A DNA stretch of 63,323 bases, counting the filler, from Sphacelaria rigidula (Eukaryota): NCBI GenBank assembly GCA_964200075.2. It is 5 parts of 5 records of this genome, joined end to end, with 100 filler letters (N's around TTAATTAATTAA, not from the genome) between each part and the next. Parts side by side here need not be neighbours in the genome. Positions count along the whole stretch, not along the records: positions 25,373 to 37,956 come from CAXNAA020003601.1; positions 38,057 to 50,640 come from CAXNAA020003602.1; 3 more parts are not named here. One strand, 5' to 3'. The notes beneath the pieces are model-generated. The model searched no databases, was not told where the DNA came from, and was given only the letters and a program-made list of their open reading frames with translations. Below are positions 25,373-47,900 of this stretch, one piece after another. The position numbers and the translations under genes are program-made. How positions within the stretch are numbered: the first letter of the stretch is position 1; every line of letters starts with the position of its first letter.

Positions 25373-27924
25373 AAAACCAAGTAATTTCCAGACGAATAAT
25401 TATTTGTCCCACCCTTGCAACAATTACTCAGGTGTTGCTCTCGTATTTCAAACTATTCCGGCAGAATTTTCAAAACCCAGAATGGGTTCGGACCTCAATG
25501 CGATGTTGAACACATTTTTGAGAACTTTTTCACATACACTGAAAGGTGGAGACTGGCGTCCAGGATGCATGGGATGACATCGCAACAGCCACACAGGTGA
25601 ACGGCCCCCTGCAGCATCCGATTTCCGTTTCTTGCTGCAACGATGCAGGTGGGGATAACTCTTACCGGTTACATCTTATACGATCACTGCTGAAGGTAAG
25701 GTTTTCGTGAGATGGAGAGTATGGCATTCGACTGTCAGCTCTTCAGTGCTTTGCGGAATCGGCATGTTCGCATAAGAGGCTACCGTGTGACTCTGACTCC
25801 TGACCCTGGCGGTGAAGGGGTCAAGATTATGACGATTCAGTCGTTATATATTTCGGAACCAAACAAACGCCGACAGACGACTCTTTGAAATCGCGGCGGT
25901 TCAACACCTACACTCGCAGTCACTGTATAAATCACAACATTCTTGGAACGCATGGCATCACGTCCAAAGTAAAAGTACAACCAGCCTAACATATAGCGGC
26001 ACATTGCGATGAGAGGAATGTTTTAATGGTTGATATGCTTGTTTCCCTTTCCATACGTCGTACGTGAAAAACTAGTCATTCCCTGAGTCACTCGTCAGTG
26101 TTTTTTCCACTAGTGAAACGCACAACAACCTTCTTCGGTTTCAAAGCTGACGCTCAATCATATCATACACTCTCGTTCCCACAAAAGCCTCGTCGAGTAC
26201 AATTTTCGGAGCGGTCGATTCATGTTGATGTGTTGTCCCACCCGAGGTATTGCCGCTCAGGGAGTGACAAAGCCATACCACAAGTACGCGTGTATGGGAC
26301 ACCGCACGCGGACAACGAATCACGGTGCCCACGCTTTGACCACATGGCGAAATTGCGGCCGTCTTCCTCCCTTCCTTGGGGCAAACACGAGACAGAAACA
26401 AAAACTCGCACATGGCAGGGACCAAACTATCACAGAAATCCGATACCGCGCGCCTGAATGTGTTCGAATCTTGTGCTTCCCTCATGGATGTTTCCTCAAT
26501 CGCCACCCGTCCTCGAAGACCACGCAGTCACGTGCCGAGAGAACCTGACCCGCTCAAAAGTGCACGCGAGGTTGGCGTCGAGCGAATACCAGCGGCAATC
26601 ACCTCTCCTCGGGAACTCCTAGCAGGACAATGTGTCGAGCGCTACTCTAGGCCCACCAAGACAAAACTGTACGCGCGTCGGCACGCGAAGCAACCTAGCT
26701 ACGACGGTATCCACAGGCAGCAACGTGCACACGTACCGTGCACGACTGTCGCGCCTACGGTACGGCCATCTGTCCAAAGCAGGTCAACGTTTGCACAGAC
26801 CTTTCATTCATCACCGGGTCCGGGTGGGAGCAGGCAAGACTGTCATCGTCCACCGCACTCCGGTCGACAACAGAAAGAGAGAGCGAAACGTGCTCGACCG
26901 GGGGTACGCTTTCAGCCGTTCGTAGTTTACAAGTGGCATTTAAATGAACCTCGCGAACCTTTCATTACCTAGCCAACAGTAAACGTACGTTGCATGCTAC
27001 AATACAGGACGGACGGCGAATCGACTGCAACCTTATTTCGTTTTCTTCGTGCTCGTTCAACGCCTTGTGGGAAAGTCATGCTCGTAGTCCCTCGCAATCT
27101 CCTCTTCTTCACGACACCCTCCTTTCCTACAAGCTTGAAAGTACACCTCTTTACAGGTTGACAGAATGATACCAGCCAGCGCCAAAGAATAGTCGAGGGC
27201 AAAGCCAATCTGAACACGTACAACATGCCCTTGAGCCGTACACGTTTTTGTCCCGGAGGCGACCTTGTGTACACAATTTTGCGAGGGGTATTGGGACAAC
27301 AATACTTCCTTCATTCTTTTGTGCTCTGGGGGTTACACCGATTCGCTGCAAAAGAAAATAAGCATCGACCGCGGGATGAGACACACTCCAAGCCAGCGAA
27401 AAAATACGACGGGCTGAGAAAAAAGGCGAGAAAGAAAAAATGGGTGAAAAAACACACTACGACTCTCCCAGTGAAACAGACATGAAGCCAACACCAACTA
27501 TTGGCGATCAAGCTACCATGCTGTGAGCGCAGAGCTACCGGTGTAGTGTCTTGTCAGGAAACGACGCAAAACGCACTTCGTAAACATCCAAAAGGGCCCA
27601 CAATTCACCAGCGAAGACGTCGCCGTAGTTGTGCCGTACCCTGGGTCCCCTCCCAAAAATCATCTCATCCTTACCTATACCACTTATCCCAGTCTCCATT
27701 TTTCAGCACTACACACGCAAAACATGCCCACGACCCGGTTCACGAAAAAAAAAAAGAGCACCTAAAACGTCGACGATCTCCGCATTCCCCCGTTCCGGCG
27801 GGACATCCCCTCACACCACCCCTAAACCCCGTCGCCCTTCCGCATCACGCTCGCCCTTCACCATCACCCCCACGCCGACAATATTACACACTGGCCTCCT
27901 TTCATCCTCTACAAAAATCCCACA

Positions 27925-37546
<9,622 letters not shown>

Positions 37547-37956
37547 CTGTACCGAAATAAAACACAAAATACGGATGAAAACCAGGATGAAGCGATTGTC
37601 GGAAATTCGGCTTGAGCCAGCAAGCGACGACAATTAGATTTCGAACAAGAGGTGGTATCCTTTCAAGCTTCGGCACCACACCCACAGTTTTCTTTTCCGA
37701 CTATAAGCACGAATTTGGCGCGTGGGGGGGTTAAGGCGGGGTAATCTGAACCCTGGTGATTGGGCTGTCAGACATGCTCAGACTACTGAAACTGAAATTG
37801 GTTCACGTCTTCAAATCACGTTCCTGGAGTCGCAGCAAAGATTCAAAATGTTTTTGATATTTTGGTACGAAGTGACGGCGAGTCGGGGAGGTCGAACTGA
37901 TGTATGTGTGTGTTGTCCCATTTATTCTGGGCGCCAGTCTACACCTTTCGGTGTAT

Positions 37957-38056
37957 NNNNNNNNNNNNNNNNNNNNNNNNNNNNNNNNNNNNNNNNNNNN
38001 TTAATTAATTAANNNNNNNNNNNNNNNNNNNNNNNNNNNNNNNNNNNNNNNNNNNN
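37957..38056. other. Artificial contig linker
   Basis: N44-TTAATTAATTAA-N44. Confidence 0.97.
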
Positions 38057-38475
38057 GTTTCGTGCAGACGCCAGACACGTCATCCCTGACCAGCCCCCTT
38101 GGTCGTTCTGGAGGCTCGGTCCCAAAAGGGTTAATAAAAACCTTGAAGAAAGTGGGTCATAACGTACATCCTTGTGCAACTCCTTGTAAGATATCAGAAT
38201 ATTTCGATATTTCCCCGTCTAACATCATGGCACTTTTGGCACATTCTGTCATCTTCATCATTCTCCACATCTTTCCTGATCCCAGTTTCCCACCACTTTT
38301 TCCACAACCCATTTCTCCATACTGTATCGTGAGCCTTTTGCACGTCCAGAAAAAAACAGTACGTTGTAAGCCCGGTGTCTTTCGTACCCTGAATAATCTT
38401 CCTTAGTGTGTACACATGGTCTACGCAACTAGGGTTTGGTCTAATTCCTGCTTGTCCCTCGCTGATTTTCTCTAC
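38057..38475 (-). mobile_element. LINE reverse-transcriptase fragment, decayed
   Basis: TTYCFFLDVQKAHDTVWRNGLWKK, same family as 61690-63323. Confidence 0.85.
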
Positions 38476-38907
38476 AAGGGGGGCGGGATTGTGGAAGAAT
38501 AGTGGTGCAATAGTTCACTTTTTCAGCAAGATCATTTTGTGGAGCACAGTTTGAGAGGCTATGCCGTTCTCCAAGCTGTTTTTAGACTTGTTCGAAACAT
38601 GAAAACTCTAGTGGGATGGCGAAGGACAAGCCCCCCCCATCCCAGCAAAAAAACAAAAACTTTCAGGCTGCTGCTACTGACGTGCAAGAACCGAAATGCC
38701 GAAATGCCAAAATACTTGAGCACGTTGAGCAGAGATTGCCCCAAAAGCATGTCAGATTATTCTCCTCGACTATATCGATTTCTCAAGCCCCATAGACAGT
38801 GGCCTAACCGAAAAAGGAAATAAGAAACGCTCACCGCCACTTTTTGTCCAATGGGGGTACCCAAAGGACTCTTCATATTTTGTCGATTGATCCAACCGGC
38901 GACTCAC

Positions 38908-41900
38908 CACCGACGCCGCTGTAGATCCGAAGGATATTAAAAGCACCACGTTCACGTTGTCTGCTCGAAAGAAACGCCCGCGGGTACGAGCGCGTATCCC
39001 GTGCATTTTTTTAGGAACAAGATCAAAAGCGAGAGCAAAAGCAAACAACAGCAAACAGCAGCAAACACATATACACAGAGAGAGAGCACAGGATGGAAAC
39101 AAGCGCAGAGGGAGTTAACGCTGTAAATTATTTCCACTGTCCATGCTAATCGTTCCGATTTTTCGTGTACAGATAGTCTCGCGAAGTTTTCGAGGGTGAC
39201 CTCTGGTAGTAGCGTGCATACACGGCAGCCGGATGAATGTGGGGGTGGTTTGAGAAGCCGCACTGATGCGGGGGTAATTGTCCGCACAACTCAAGGGTGC
39301 GTGAACGGAAGTCGATAGGCCTGGTTCAGGGCAAAGAACAGTTGTAGAACGGTTCGTGTTATTTCTGGTCAAACCCTCTTCTCTTCTGCACTCAATCTCT
39401 CACACTCACTCACCAAACACTTTCATGCAAACCCCAGAGCAAGGCACGATGGCAGAAGCACCCAACCAGACTGAGGACGTGGGGCCGCCCAGCTGCTTGT
39501 GGAGCAATCGTATTGTACTCGCATAACATACGTCATTGGACACTGCTCTTCTGATTGGCTACCATAATCCTCCGCAGTTCCAACATGCTTGATGCCACAT
39601 GTGCCACACCATCCCTTACATCGTTATCGTTCATGTCTGAGGGTGAGCGTATTTGATCACCCCCCCCGCTCACGGCTGAGTCGTGATCTAAAACCTATAC
39701 TGTTGAAAATTGGAAAGAAAAACACCAATCTGGCGAAAAATAAAAATATCTTCGGTCATGCTCAAACTCCGTAAGTACATCATATTAAAGGTCCAATTTA
39801 TCCAGAAAACAGTACCTACTGTATTATACGCCCCGTCACCCTTTATCACTCTTCCCTTCGCGGAAGTATACTCCATGGTGGCACTACAATAGAAACTGAG
39901 GTTAATACGATCAAACTCGAACTGAACTACGGTAGCAAAACGATACAATTCAAAAAGATCTGACCGGGATTTCCACGTAAAATCAAAGTCATAAAGCCTG
40001 AATGTTCAAACATTCTAGAGCCACGCCAGTTCCTTGTACGCAGCATGATCTCCAACAAATCCTGAAATTCCCAGTGAAACTGACTCTCCTGGGGAGGCGG
40101 AAAGCGCCATTTACATGTTTATAACAGGGTCATCAGCAGGCGGCAGCTCAGCAGTGGACGTAGGATGGGGGCGTCACCGGTTGCGAATGTTGAGCGGATG
40201 ACCCGTAGGGATAGAATGAAGAGTATGGCGGTGATTGTGCAGCTGAGGAGGGATCACGGGGGAATTGGTTGGGCGATGGAGTTGGTGACGGCTGATATGG
40301 TGCGGGTGCAGGCGATAAGGGATGGAATAGGGATTGGCTGAGTTGTGGGAGGCGGTGGCAGGTGATATGATGGCGGTGCAGCTGATGACGGATGATAGAG
40401 GCATTGGCTGTGAGGTGGTGTCGGTTATCATTGATACGATGGAGATGCAGCTGACGAGGAATGGTGGGTGTAATCGGATGTGGGATTCGGTCGAAGTTGA
40501 TCGTAGGATGACAGAGGTGATGTGGAGCAAGGGAGATGTTCGGTATCAGGAGTAGCCTGCGACTGCAACTGATGCTGAGGGGTATCGTACTGTAAAGTGT
40601 GAGCAAAATCGGCCTCGTCAAAGGCACTGTCTTCGTAAACAAAGTTATCAATACCCTCGTCGTGATGCTGCCTGGGGGTATCGGTTTGCTGTACTGTATT
40701 GGCGTGGGGTGGATTGTCGTTAATGTGGTGTTGTTGATGTGGGTGAGATGAATGTTGGAATGAGCCCTGCTCATCTGGAAATGGGTGGGTGTCTAGGCGT
40801 GGATTGGTAGGGTGGATATGTTGTCGATGAGGAGGACAATTAGGGCGGTTGAAATGTGGGTGAGATGAATGTTGGAATGAGTCCTGGTTGTCTGGAAAGG
40901 GGTGGGTGTCTGGGCGTGGATTGACAGGGTGGATATGTTGTCAGTGAGGAGGACAATTAGGGCGAATGTTGGAATGAGCCCTGATCATCTGGAAAGAGGT
41001 GGTTATCTGGGTGTGGATTGGCAGAGTGTATATAATAACGGTGAGGAGGACAAGCAGGGCGGTTCTCTGGGCGTGGATTGGTGGGGTGGATATATTGCCG
41101 GTGAGGAGGACAACTAGCGCGGTTGAACCGCCCTTATTTCCCTCATCAACGACAACATATCCACCCTACCAATCCACGCCCAGACACACATTTTTCCAGA
41201 TGATCAGGGCTCATTCTAACATTCATCTGACCCACATCAACAACATCGCACAACGGAAATCCACCCCACGCCAATACAGTACAGCAAACCGATACCCCCA
41301 GGCAGCATCACGACGAGGGTATTGATAACACCTCCCTTGCTCCACATCACCTCCGTCATCCTACGATCAACCTCAACCGAATCCCACATCCGACTACTAC
41401 CCCCACCATTCCTCGTCAGCTGCATCTCCATCGTATCAACCATCACCGACACCACCTCACAGCCAACGCCTCCACCATTCCTCACCAGCTGCACCGCCAC
41501 CATATGACCTATCACCGCCTCCACAACCCAGCCAATCCCTCGTCGCCCCCCCCCGTTCTGCCTTTTGCCTGGTGAACCATGTCCCCCTCCACTGCCGGTA
41601 GCAGTAGCAGAGAGGGCGTGATGTGAGGGTTTCCTTTCATTCTCCTTAGAGAAGTGCAACTCTGCATACGCATTCTCTATTTGATGATTCAGATCCTCAA
41701 TCCTGATCACACGGTTTGCCAATGATGACCTGCGATCGTGCTCGTACTCAGACGAAAGGCATCTTACGATATGTCTGTTCGCCTCTGAGTCCGAAAGGAA
41801 AACGTCAAATCCTACGCGTTTTTTGCGAATAAATATAGCCCGAGCAAGGAAAGTCATCGGCAATTCTCTGTCAGCCATCTGCAGTGTCTGCCATTCGTAC

Positions 41901-44900
41901 TCGAGTCTGGCTTTTTCCGTGGCTGGTGAGGTACGGTCGTACTTCACCGCATAGTTCCATTGTGTTTTTCTTTTCACGTCTGAGTCTACTATGTCGTTCT
42001 GTACGACTTCTTCTGTTCGACTCTTTCTGTTCCTTTTTTTCTTCAGCGAGTGTTTTTAGTCTTGTTTCTTCTCGGGTACGTCCATCATCTGAGCACGGCT
42101 GGATCCATGGGCAGTCGGTCAAAGTGCGACAATCAATCCATCAATAAATCGAACCCGTCCCATGATTCGCAAGGGCCCCCAAACATGTCGATCTGCCTAA
42201 CCAAGGGGGGAAACGCGATCTTATCGAGGACGATCTTGATTGCCGGTTTAGCTTTATCGACAGCTAGGTTACGGAAATGCGCTCTCGAGGCATCATCGTT
42301 TTCACGGTGTACTCTTCGGGGACTGTGAGTTTCCAACGCGTCGTAGCAGTCCTCGTCGTTAAAACACGCGCACATCTGTAGATAGAATACATCGAATCTG
42401 TCCCTTACATCATGTGATGATGCAACCTTGCCATCCCAAGGGGATACGCTTTTGTTGGTGCGTACACGATAGGATTGGTAAGTGGGATACGGGGTGGTCT
42501 GAAAGTAGGAAACTGGGGGAAAGTTGGATGCTGTCGTTGCAGCAGGCATCACGGGTATGCTATTAAACGCCTGCCTCATATTTTCTAGTTCCTCTGTCAC
42601 TTTTCTGAGCTGTTCTGCCAGTCTCTCTTCGACTGGCTGTATTATCTGGTCGGGGCTGTCCGCCATGGTTAACCTCACTCTTTACTCAATCACTATCTGA
42701 TGTTCTCCTGGAAAAAACTATTTCACCAGTCTGTATAACTCAATCAAATCACCGGCCTTGCTCAATCCTGTTACCTGAAATCTCGCTGCCGCCTCTCACT
42801 CAAATTTTCTCTAGACTCAAACTCTTGTCGTGCTTAAACTCTCTCCAATCTCTAACCCAACAGCTAAAGCGGCAAGTCTCTCCGCTAGCGTGAGAAGCCG
42901 CACTGATGCGGGGGTAATTATCCACACAACTCAAACGTGCGTGAACGGGAATCGCTAAGCCTGGTTCAGGGCAAAGAACAATTCCAAAACAGTTCGTGAT
43001 TTTCCTGGCCAAACCCTCTTCTCTCAAGCACTCAATATCTCTGATTCAACCACCCAATCTCAATCCCTCTCTTAGTCAATCTCTCACACTCACTCAACAA
43101 ACACTTTTATACAAACCTCAGAGCAAGGCACGATGGCAATAGCACCCAACCCGACTGCGGACGTGGGGCTGCCCAGCTGCTTGTGGAGAAATCGTGTTGT
43201 ACTCGCATGACCCAAGTCATTGGACACTATTCTTCTGATCGGCTACCAATATCCTCCGCAGATCCAACATGGTTGATGCTACACGTGCGCACCATATCTT
43301 ACATCGTTCTCGTTCATGACTAAGTTTGAGCATGTTTGATCACGTTTAGCAAAATTTCACCCCTCAGAAACTTCGAACCGTGGTTAGCCAATAGGCATTC
43401 AGCAACCTTTTCTGTTGTGGTTGAAAGGGGGGGATGGGGGGGGAAAGGCACGATTTGTGTTCCTTTCATGTCATCATTCACTTGCGCAAATAGTTTCAGC
43501 ACTGTGCAATCACGTTGTACGCACGTTCTTAATCTGACGATTTTTACATACGGGGAACGTTGGAGGACGAAGCGCCGCTAACGTCACACAATTTATACCA
43601 GCACTCCAATCGTGGAACGTACGATACCTGGGATGCTGACCTCCACCATAGCCACCAGCGCGAAGCCTGCAATGAGTGCGGACAGGGAAGCCACTTGCTC
43701 GAGCTGCTTCGCCTTTTCCTCCACCTCGCGCTTGCGGTCGTTTACCCCACGCCACCACACCTGTGTTTCCGTTATTATTGTTGTTGTTGCGTGTATACAA
43801 AATTGAGCATATGTACACACACATTATAAGAGAACAAACAAATAAGCATACCCGCATTGCTTGGTAACGCCTGTATTTTGCAGTGTTCTAAGCAATATTT
43901 CGGGATCTACCACTCCATCGGCCCGTTCATTCAAACGCACACAAACGTATCCGTTTTTTTTGTCCGAGGCACCTATAACACCTCCCGTGCCTCGGGAAGA
44001 GTCCGCAGTCTGGAGAGATCAATTCATCTCTCCCACGATACAAGCCTCACATTGCGTTACCGTGGATTGAACCATGACGCACTCCCGGTCCGCGCAGACA
44101 CACCCATAAATATACTCTCTGCCTTCTAACAATGGTAGACCCAGAATAGGCGGTGAAGAATATCATGTAGCAACATACCACAAAGGCAGGACTGTGTATA
44201 GTACGCATCAACACTTGAGAATCTGGCAGTCGAGAGTTTGAGGCTGAGATTTCCGAAATTTCAAGAATTTACCGGTAAGCATTTGTGCCGAACTCGACGA
44301 AAGAAATAAGAACTAGAAATAAGCGGGGAAGAGACGACAGCCAGTAGCAGGGGAAGGGAATTGACGCCCAACGTGCGTAATGTAGACCATGCCGATTGAC
44401 ATGAACTTTAATGCCCACCGTCCTGACGAGCATCCTGTCCAACTGATGAATACTCTACAGCAGTGAGGGATAGATGCCATGTGGGAAGTAAATGCTTTTG
44501 GCAACCGCTCAAGAAAAAAAAGTTGCATTGACCGCCTTTCCAATAATAAACGAATACGAATTTGAAATTCAAGAATTTGGCGTTTTGCACCTCTCCGCCC
44601 AATGAGAAATTGAACTTGAGCATTTGTGCTGAAATTGGAGAGAAAATAAGGCGCGAGCCTCAGCCAAAATAGGAGTTTCTTAAATGCTGACGCGTACTGT
44701 GCACAATGGTGATCATCGCACGCCATGAGAAGAACAAAGCCTCGTAAAACGAAGCAAAAAAAAGAAGCTTTTGATATCATCCCATCATATCATCAGTGAA
44801 TCAAAAAGTCCATATCTCGCGATCATATCATATAATCGGAAGCAAGCAATAGGAAAGAGATACAGAATGTTTTGTCATGTCCCATGGATCGACGTAAAAT

Positions 44901-47900
44901 ATGGAGATTTTTCACAGAATAGTTCGCGCGTTGCCATTATATGCGGAGGTCGCCGTGACCGCAGGCATACTGCGGTAGATATGACGATGGCTCTTGTTGA
45001 GCTACTTACACTTTGCCGCGCCCCGGTGGTGTAATGGTCCGATTATCGCCATTAGGGCGGAGAGAACGAGGGTTCGATTCCCCATGCGTTGTGCTTTTTC
45101 TTCGTAATATCTTATTTCTCCCGTGGATTGCGTGAGAACGTGAGTAAACAAAGTAGTCGACTGAGTTTGTTTGACGTGAGTTGACGCGGTGCCGGAGAGC
45201 TGACCCAATCCACGAGACCAAAATGCAAGGGGTGTACCAGGGGAGAGATGAGATGATCCCTTGAGACCACGGATAGGTCCCGAGGAAGGGGAGGGGTTCA
45301 AAGTGCGACAAAAACAAAATACACCCTAGTAGCTTCGACTCCGCGAAAATCCGTTTAGCAGTGAAATGAGCAATGTCAAAAACACGCGAAAGTGAAAAAC
45401 GGGAACGGGTGCGTCGTTGCTCGCCGTTTGCCTGACGAGGCGGGGTACATGGCTAGCCAAAAAATCAACATCCCGCTCAGTTTCATGTTAAATCCAACCC
45501 AACGAAGTTTACCGTTATTGATCGATCAAGAGCTACGCAAAGGCGTGAATTTTGCGGCACTGCTGCCTAGAAGACTTTACATGGCCAAACTTGAGGTGCT
45601 GTTGATTGGTTTGATCAACTGTTTTACACTTGTTGACATGCTGCGAATCTAGCCATGGTGGCAACATGCATACATGTCCCCATGGTAACTAAATCGAAAC
45701 GTCCACGAACACAAAGCTCGAGTAGAAGAAAGAAGGACGTCTCCAGTCACACCTTCTTTGGCCCTTATGGGGCTGTCACGATTCCGTGTATGTTCCTGTG
45801 CAACCCCGCTATTTTCAAGTGTTTATTCAAACTCTCTCGTGAGGGCTTCGCTCCTTCGTCCAAAAACTGCGTTGAAACGATTACCAAGCAGAAAGCGTGG
45901 ATATGACATGAGAATAACAACCAAGGTCTCGAATCAGCGTTACGCTAGCATTCCCCCTCCCTCTTTCAATCGATCCGAAAGTCACTGCTAAATCTAAAAC
46001 TTGAGACATGGCCTCACACGACGTACCTCCTTGTCCCGGGTAGAGTACACCAATAGTCACTCCTCACGACGGTGTACTTCACCCTAGAGGTTGGATTGAG
46101 CACGACAGCTCAGGTGTTTGGATTCAGAGTACAGGCTGGGCAGCCGAAGATGCGAATAGAAATGTTGACACACGATTCCCGAGCTCAATTTTGACTCGTT
46201 TTCTAAATAAATTTTGACACGATGTACAGGGCGTATGTGGAAAGATCCCTTTTTACACCCCCTGTTTCGTTTTGTTTTTTTTCGTGAATTATTGGCAATT
46301 TTGTTCCGAAAAATGTTTCGCCGCCAATAACTCACGGAAAAAAACAAAAAACAGGGGGAGGTAAAAAGGGGGCTTTGCACATACGTCCTATACATCATGT
46401 CAAAATTTCATCGAAAACGACTCAAAATTGATCTCGGGAATCGCGTCATTCTCTCGCAAACGGATTCCTACAGTATGTGGAGATGGACCTGCCACGAACA
46501 ATTCAAACGCAATTATGCTGTTCAATTTAAAGTACGGAAAAAACTGTTCTGAAATGTTCCGTTGCCAATACCTCACGAAGGAAAAAAAATGGAGGAAAGA
46601 AGGGGTATTCGTACGTACGTCCTGTACATCGTGACAAAATTTAATCGAAAACAACTCAAAATTGAGCTCGGGAATCGTGTCATTCTCTCGAAATCGACTT
46701 GTCTTTTACTTTCGGCTCAGAGGTCTTCACAAACTGCTCGTTGGTTCGCACGCTACTACCAGACGCCTTGGAGCGCTGGGGGCCTCGCCTGCGTGCCATC
46801 TCAGACACTGGACGCCTAGTGCGACATGTATTGTTATACAATCACAGGTTGTGCGGCACCACGCGGCGCAACCAACTGTGCCCGAAAATCCAATTTCAGC
46901 CGTTTTTTTCACTAACACCGCCGCACATGGTACCCTCAATTCTCTACACTTCCCATTTGACTTTTTTTTCTTCCTCACACTTTGAACCCCTTCCCTTCCT
47001 CGGGATGAAACCGTGGTCACAAGGGATCAACCCATCTCTCCCCCGGTACGCGCATTTAATTTTGGTCTCGCGGGTTGGGTCAGCACTCCCGCACCGCGTC
47101 AACTCACGTCACACAAATCCAGTCGATTACTTTTGTTTACTCACGTTCTCACGCTATAGTTTGGTATTTCGTTTGATGAGACCTTGTCGGATCGCAGTGC
47201 TGCATGAATTTGAAGACGCGGCTTGATTTTTCGATCACCACGATGTGTAATGGTAGGCACAGCTCGCGATACATGGTCAGTTGGAACGGGCTGAAGGAAA
47301 GTGAGCTTCTCTGGCGGCCCAGCCTATATCTTTCTCCCCCCTTTCAAACAAACAAAAACTCTTCCTGATTGTCATCATCGCGGGTATCCAAGAGAAGTTT
47401 TACGCCAACGTTCAAGCAGCCTGACGTCATTAGCCCCTCATCAAGGCAAGGTACGCTTGCGTCGAGGCCGGGAACTGTAGGAGGGGCGACGTATAGACCA
47501 ACTGACAAAAGCTCTTGTTCCTTGATAGTGTGCCGACCTTTACGGTGAAGCCCTCCGTGTCCGAGGCTCATTGGTGTGTTTCGTTGGGGCGAGGGATTTG
47601 TGATATATGGAAGGTTCACGTGAATTCGAATACAGAATTTCATGGTCGGATACATGTTGTTTTCGCTAAGCCCCGCAACCCACGGATAGGGCAAGGGGAG
47701 GAGACACAGGGTGCCCTAGATAGAGTATGTGTTGGCAGAGCAAAACGCGTGCTGCGCATGCGGGGCGAGTCTATGGAACTGTGACCCCTCTGAAGATCCG
47801 AATATGATGCTACGTACCAAAGTCAGTCGTGTTTCAACCATAGAACCTTGTCGCCGGGTTCGCGTGAACTCTACAGAGGCTGTAAGGGTACATATAGGCC

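Noticed and set aside
38780-38803. Next Orai exon after 38908
   Set aside because: The candidate acceptor gives ATVYGA* with no TM2 similarity; the remaining exons are probably off-contig.
45020-45094. Functional tRNA gene
   Set aside because: The acceptor stem does not pair, the anticodon loop is malformed, and it is attached to a dispersed repeat body.
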